DNA of 27,952 nt, taken from contig JAEOTB010000079.1 in the NCBI GenBank assembly GCA_016840065.1, forward strand, positions 1-27,952, read 5' to 3'. Shown here in pieces: positions 25,850-27,952 of this stretch (position 1 is its first letter; each line of letters opens with the position of its first letter). Both the position numbers and the translations under genes were made by a program. This stretch comes from Candidatus Hermodarchaeota archaeon. GTDB taxonomy: Archaea > Asgardarchaeota > Hermodarchaeia > Hermodarchaeales > Hermodarchaeaceae. A model generated the notes under the pieces. That model was given only the letters and a program-made list of their open reading frames with translations. It was not told where the DNA came from and did no database searches.

Positions 25850-25933
25850 AGGATTCATCTGCTGGAGTGGATTAAGGTCAAAGACACCTGTCCCTATTGT
25901 AGACAGAAACTTCGGGCTCGAGATGTCACATAA
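25850..25933 (+). pseudogene. Remnant 3' half of a RING-finger gene: RIHLLEWIKVKDTCPYCRQKLRARDVT*
   Basis: Translated by hand. It aligns without gaps to the LRR-RING C-terminus RTHLLEWIRVKGTCPNCRTPLRPKDLE*. It has no start codon and is preceded in frame by TGA (25838) and TAG (25847). Confidence 0.85.
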
Positions 25934-25996
25934 ACTTCATAAGATGCACGGTATTCGTTTTAACTCAACCAAGTTATCTTCTGGAGAGCATATTCT

Positions 25997-26818
25997 ATGT
26001 CAAATGAACGTAATCGCCAAAGTTGGAATGCGCTTAGTAAATTCTATCAGAGAACCCACAGGATTTCGCTAGACGATGTCCATTATGGGCCTTACAGCCC
26101 TGGGGAGAAGGACCTCCAGATCATTGGAGAGGTAAAGGACCTTGATGTGCTGGAATTGGGTTGTGGAGGAGGTCAAATATCGGTTGTCCTGGCTAAATGG
26201 GGTGCAAGGTCAGTCACGGGGATGGATATCTCGGATGAGCAATTGAGCTACGCTCAGAAACTAGCTCTAGAGCACGGTGTCAAAGTACGGTTCCTTCAAG
26301 GGAACGTCGAAGACCTGTCAGCTCTGGATGATGACTCCTTTGACTTGGTTGTGTCCTCCCATGCATTGAATTATGTGGAGCATTTGTTTCAGGTTTTCGC
26401 TGAGTCAGCCCGGGTCCTCCGTCCTGGTGGGCGTTGTGTCTTCTGTCTTGGTCACCCCGTATACTATGTTCTCGGTGACGCCCTTGAAGTCCAGGACCTA
26501 AGTCTCATTGAAGACTACTTCTCAGACGAGCGTCATACTTGGGACTGGCTGGATGATGAGAGAACTCCCATAGCCACCTTTGAGCAAACCTACTGGCGGC
26601 TGGACCAAATCATCAATGGTTTGATCGCTGCTGGTTTTAGCATCACACGAGTGGAGGAACCAAAGGGATACACTCTAGCCCAGATAGAGGAACAGGGGCT
26701 AGACCCTCTACCCTTCATCGATGATGACTTTGACACCGATGAAGCACGCCGTTTCATCGAAACCTGTAGTAAGATTCCATTCTCCCTAATCGTTGCAGCA
26801 AACCTGAAAATGAAGTAA
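25997..26818 (+). CDS. Class I SAM-dependent methyltransferase
   Basis: Motif I 'VLELGCGGG', plus 'VTGMDIS', 'DDSFDLVVS' and 'RVLRPGG'. Confidence 0.92.
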   Translation: MSNERNRQSWNALSKFYQRTHRISLDDVHYGPYSPGEKDLQIIGEVKDLDVLELGCGGGQISVVLAKWGARSVTGMDISDEQLSYAQKLALEHGVKVRFLQGNVEDLSALDDDSFDLVVSSHALNYVEHLFQVFAESARVLRPGGRCVFCLGHPVYYVLGDALEVQDLSLIEDYFSDERHTWDWLDDERTPIATFEQTYWRLDQIINGLIAAGFSITRVEEPKGYTLAQIEEQGLDPLPFIDDDFDTDEARRFIETCSKIPFSLIVAANLKMK

Positions 26819-26852
26819 CGAAAATTGTGAGAAGCGAGCGCCATCTTTGTAC

Positions 26853-27758
26853 TTACTTCACTGCTCTGAGTCTTGTCCGTTCTTTTTCGATACGCCCTCT
26901 AGCTTGGCTCACGTATTCTTCACTAGTGTCGTAACCGATGTAATGCCTTCCTGTTCTCAGACAGGCTATTGCCGTTGTGCCACTCCCCATGAAGGGGTCA
27001 AGAACAACATCCTCTTCAAAGGTGTAGAGCTGTATCAGCCTGTAGGGCAATTCGATGGGAAAGGGTGCTGGGTGACCTACTCGTTTCGCAGACTCTGTGG
27101 GGAAGGACCAGACACTCTTTGTGAGAGCAAGGAACTCGTCTCTAGAGATTGTACTTTCCTTGCCTTCGGTTTTCCTTCGTGAAAAGGAACCCTTGGAAAA
27201 AATCATGATATACTCGTGTACATCCCGGAGGCATGGGTTCGAAGCTGACTTCCAGCTTCCCCAGGCGGTTGACGATCCAGCGCTTGCAGCTTTATCCCAG
27301 ATGATTTCTCCTCGCATCAGAAACCCAAGGTCTACCATTTCTTGTATGATGTAGCTGTGAAGAGGTATGTAGGGTGACCTTCCAACGTTGGCGATGTTGA
27401 TGCAAGCCCTCCCGCCCCAGACCAGAACACGGTGTACTTCAGCAAAGACTGTCCTTAGTAAGAACAGATATTCCTTGAGTGAAAGGTCATCGTCATAATC
27501 CTTTCCAACATTGTAGGGCGGAGATGTCACCATAAGGTGGATACTACTGTCAGGGACTTCGGTCATCGCTTCGCTACTCTTACAGAATATCCTGTCTTGC
27601 TTCTCTGGAGGGATTCTGTTCTCTGGCGTTTGTTGATATTCACCCTTTGGGAGCGTCTGGTATAGACGAGACCCGTAGAAACGTGAGGAATCGTGCCCCT
27701 CTCTTCTTGTTACCCCGAAGCTGCTCGTGTGTGTCCCTTGTTTTCTACTCCGAGCCAT
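26853..27758 (-). CDS. Beta-class N4-cytosine/N6-adenine DNA methyltransferase
   Basis: Catalytic 'VTSPPY' precedes the SAM-binding 'VLDPFMGSGTT'. Also 'HPAPFP' and 'HEYIMIF'. Confidence 0.93.
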   Translation of the reverse strand: MARSRKQGTHTSSFGVTRREGHDSSRFYGSRLYQTLPKGEYQQTPENRIPPEKQDRIFCKSSEAMTEVPDSSIHLMVTSPPYNVGKDYDDDLSLKEYLFLLRTVFAEVHRVLVWGGRACINIANVGRSPYIPLHSYIIQEMVDLGFLMRGEIIWDKAASAGSSTAWGSWKSASNPCLRDVHEYIMIFSKGSFSRRKTEGKESTISRDEFLALTKSVWSFPTESAKRVGHPAPFPIELPYRLIQLYTFEEDVVLDPFMGSGTTAIACLRTGRHYIGYDTSEEYVSQARGRIEKERTRLRAVK

Positions 27759-27824
27759 AGTGCATCAAGTACAATGTGGTCTCCTTGTTATTTAAAGGCT
27801 CCAGGGGCTCGGAGATAACATAGT

Positions 27825-27952
27825 ATGCCATCTAGAAGGCTTGAAACGCCCTTCTGTAAGGGCGAAACGACCCCATTTCATCTGAGATATTGGGAAGAGT
27901 TTAAAACCCACCGAGAAAAAGTATCAGCGTTCATTATGCCGACCTTCCAAGA
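27825..27952 (+). CDS. Possible 5' fragment of a gene running off the window (MPSRRLETPFCKGETTPFHLRYWEEFKTHREKVSAFIMPTFQ...)
   Basis: ATG at 27825 is open to the window end, with TTTAAA at 27791 and GGAG upstream. Too short to assign. Confidence 0.3.
   Translation, partial: MPSRRLETPFCKGETTPFHLRYWEEFKTHREKVSAFIMPTFQ

Noticed and set aside
27841-27868. Hairpin CGCCCTT-CTGT-AAGGGCG flanked by GAAA, reminiscent of a hammerhead stem II or a SECIS element
   Set aside because: The upstream sequence is CTTGAAA, not the CUGANGA core. The tandem G.A register for a SECIS/K-turn does not fit, and the hairpin lies in a probable ORF.
1-27952. CRISPR array, rRNA/tRNA, integrase/transposase or prophage
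   Set aside because: No regularly spaced DNA repeats, RNA gene signatures or mobile-element proteins were found by eye. The repeats present (PAS, LRR, HEAT, PbH1) are at protein level only.

Overview
Gene-dense archaeal chromosomal window, most likely from an Asgard archaeon (inferred from RING fingers of the H-x2-H-x3-W-x6-CPxC-R type, a longin-like domain, a Rab-like G-domain, short LRR proteins, DUF2341 and TATA/BRE-like promoters). No rRNA, tRNA, CRISPR array or transposase was seen. Ordinary genes: 3' part of nfeD, two MFS paralogues, endonuclease IV, a tandem GNAT, a SAM methyltransferase and a beta-class DNA methyltransferase. The most striking gene (950-2920, minus) is a predicted single-pass receptor: signal peptide, DUF2341 ectodomain, TM, linker, HEPN-like RNase motif (RRLRNKIHP) and a C-terminal RING finger. 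This resembles the IRE1 layout but with an E3-ligase module instead of a kinase. The same RING family also caps an LRR/Zn-ribbon protein, and its 3' half survives as an unannotated scar behind a beta-helix gene, suggesting a shuffled sensor-RING repertoire. Other points of interest: a Rab-like pseudo-GTPase, an 8xPAS protein with no output domain divergent from two paralogous tandem-Lrp regulators that flank a small peptide ORF, a 7TM-longin fusion, and an LRR gene split by an apparent 2-nt loss in a CA repeat. All domain calls are by-eye motif recognition, not database searches.
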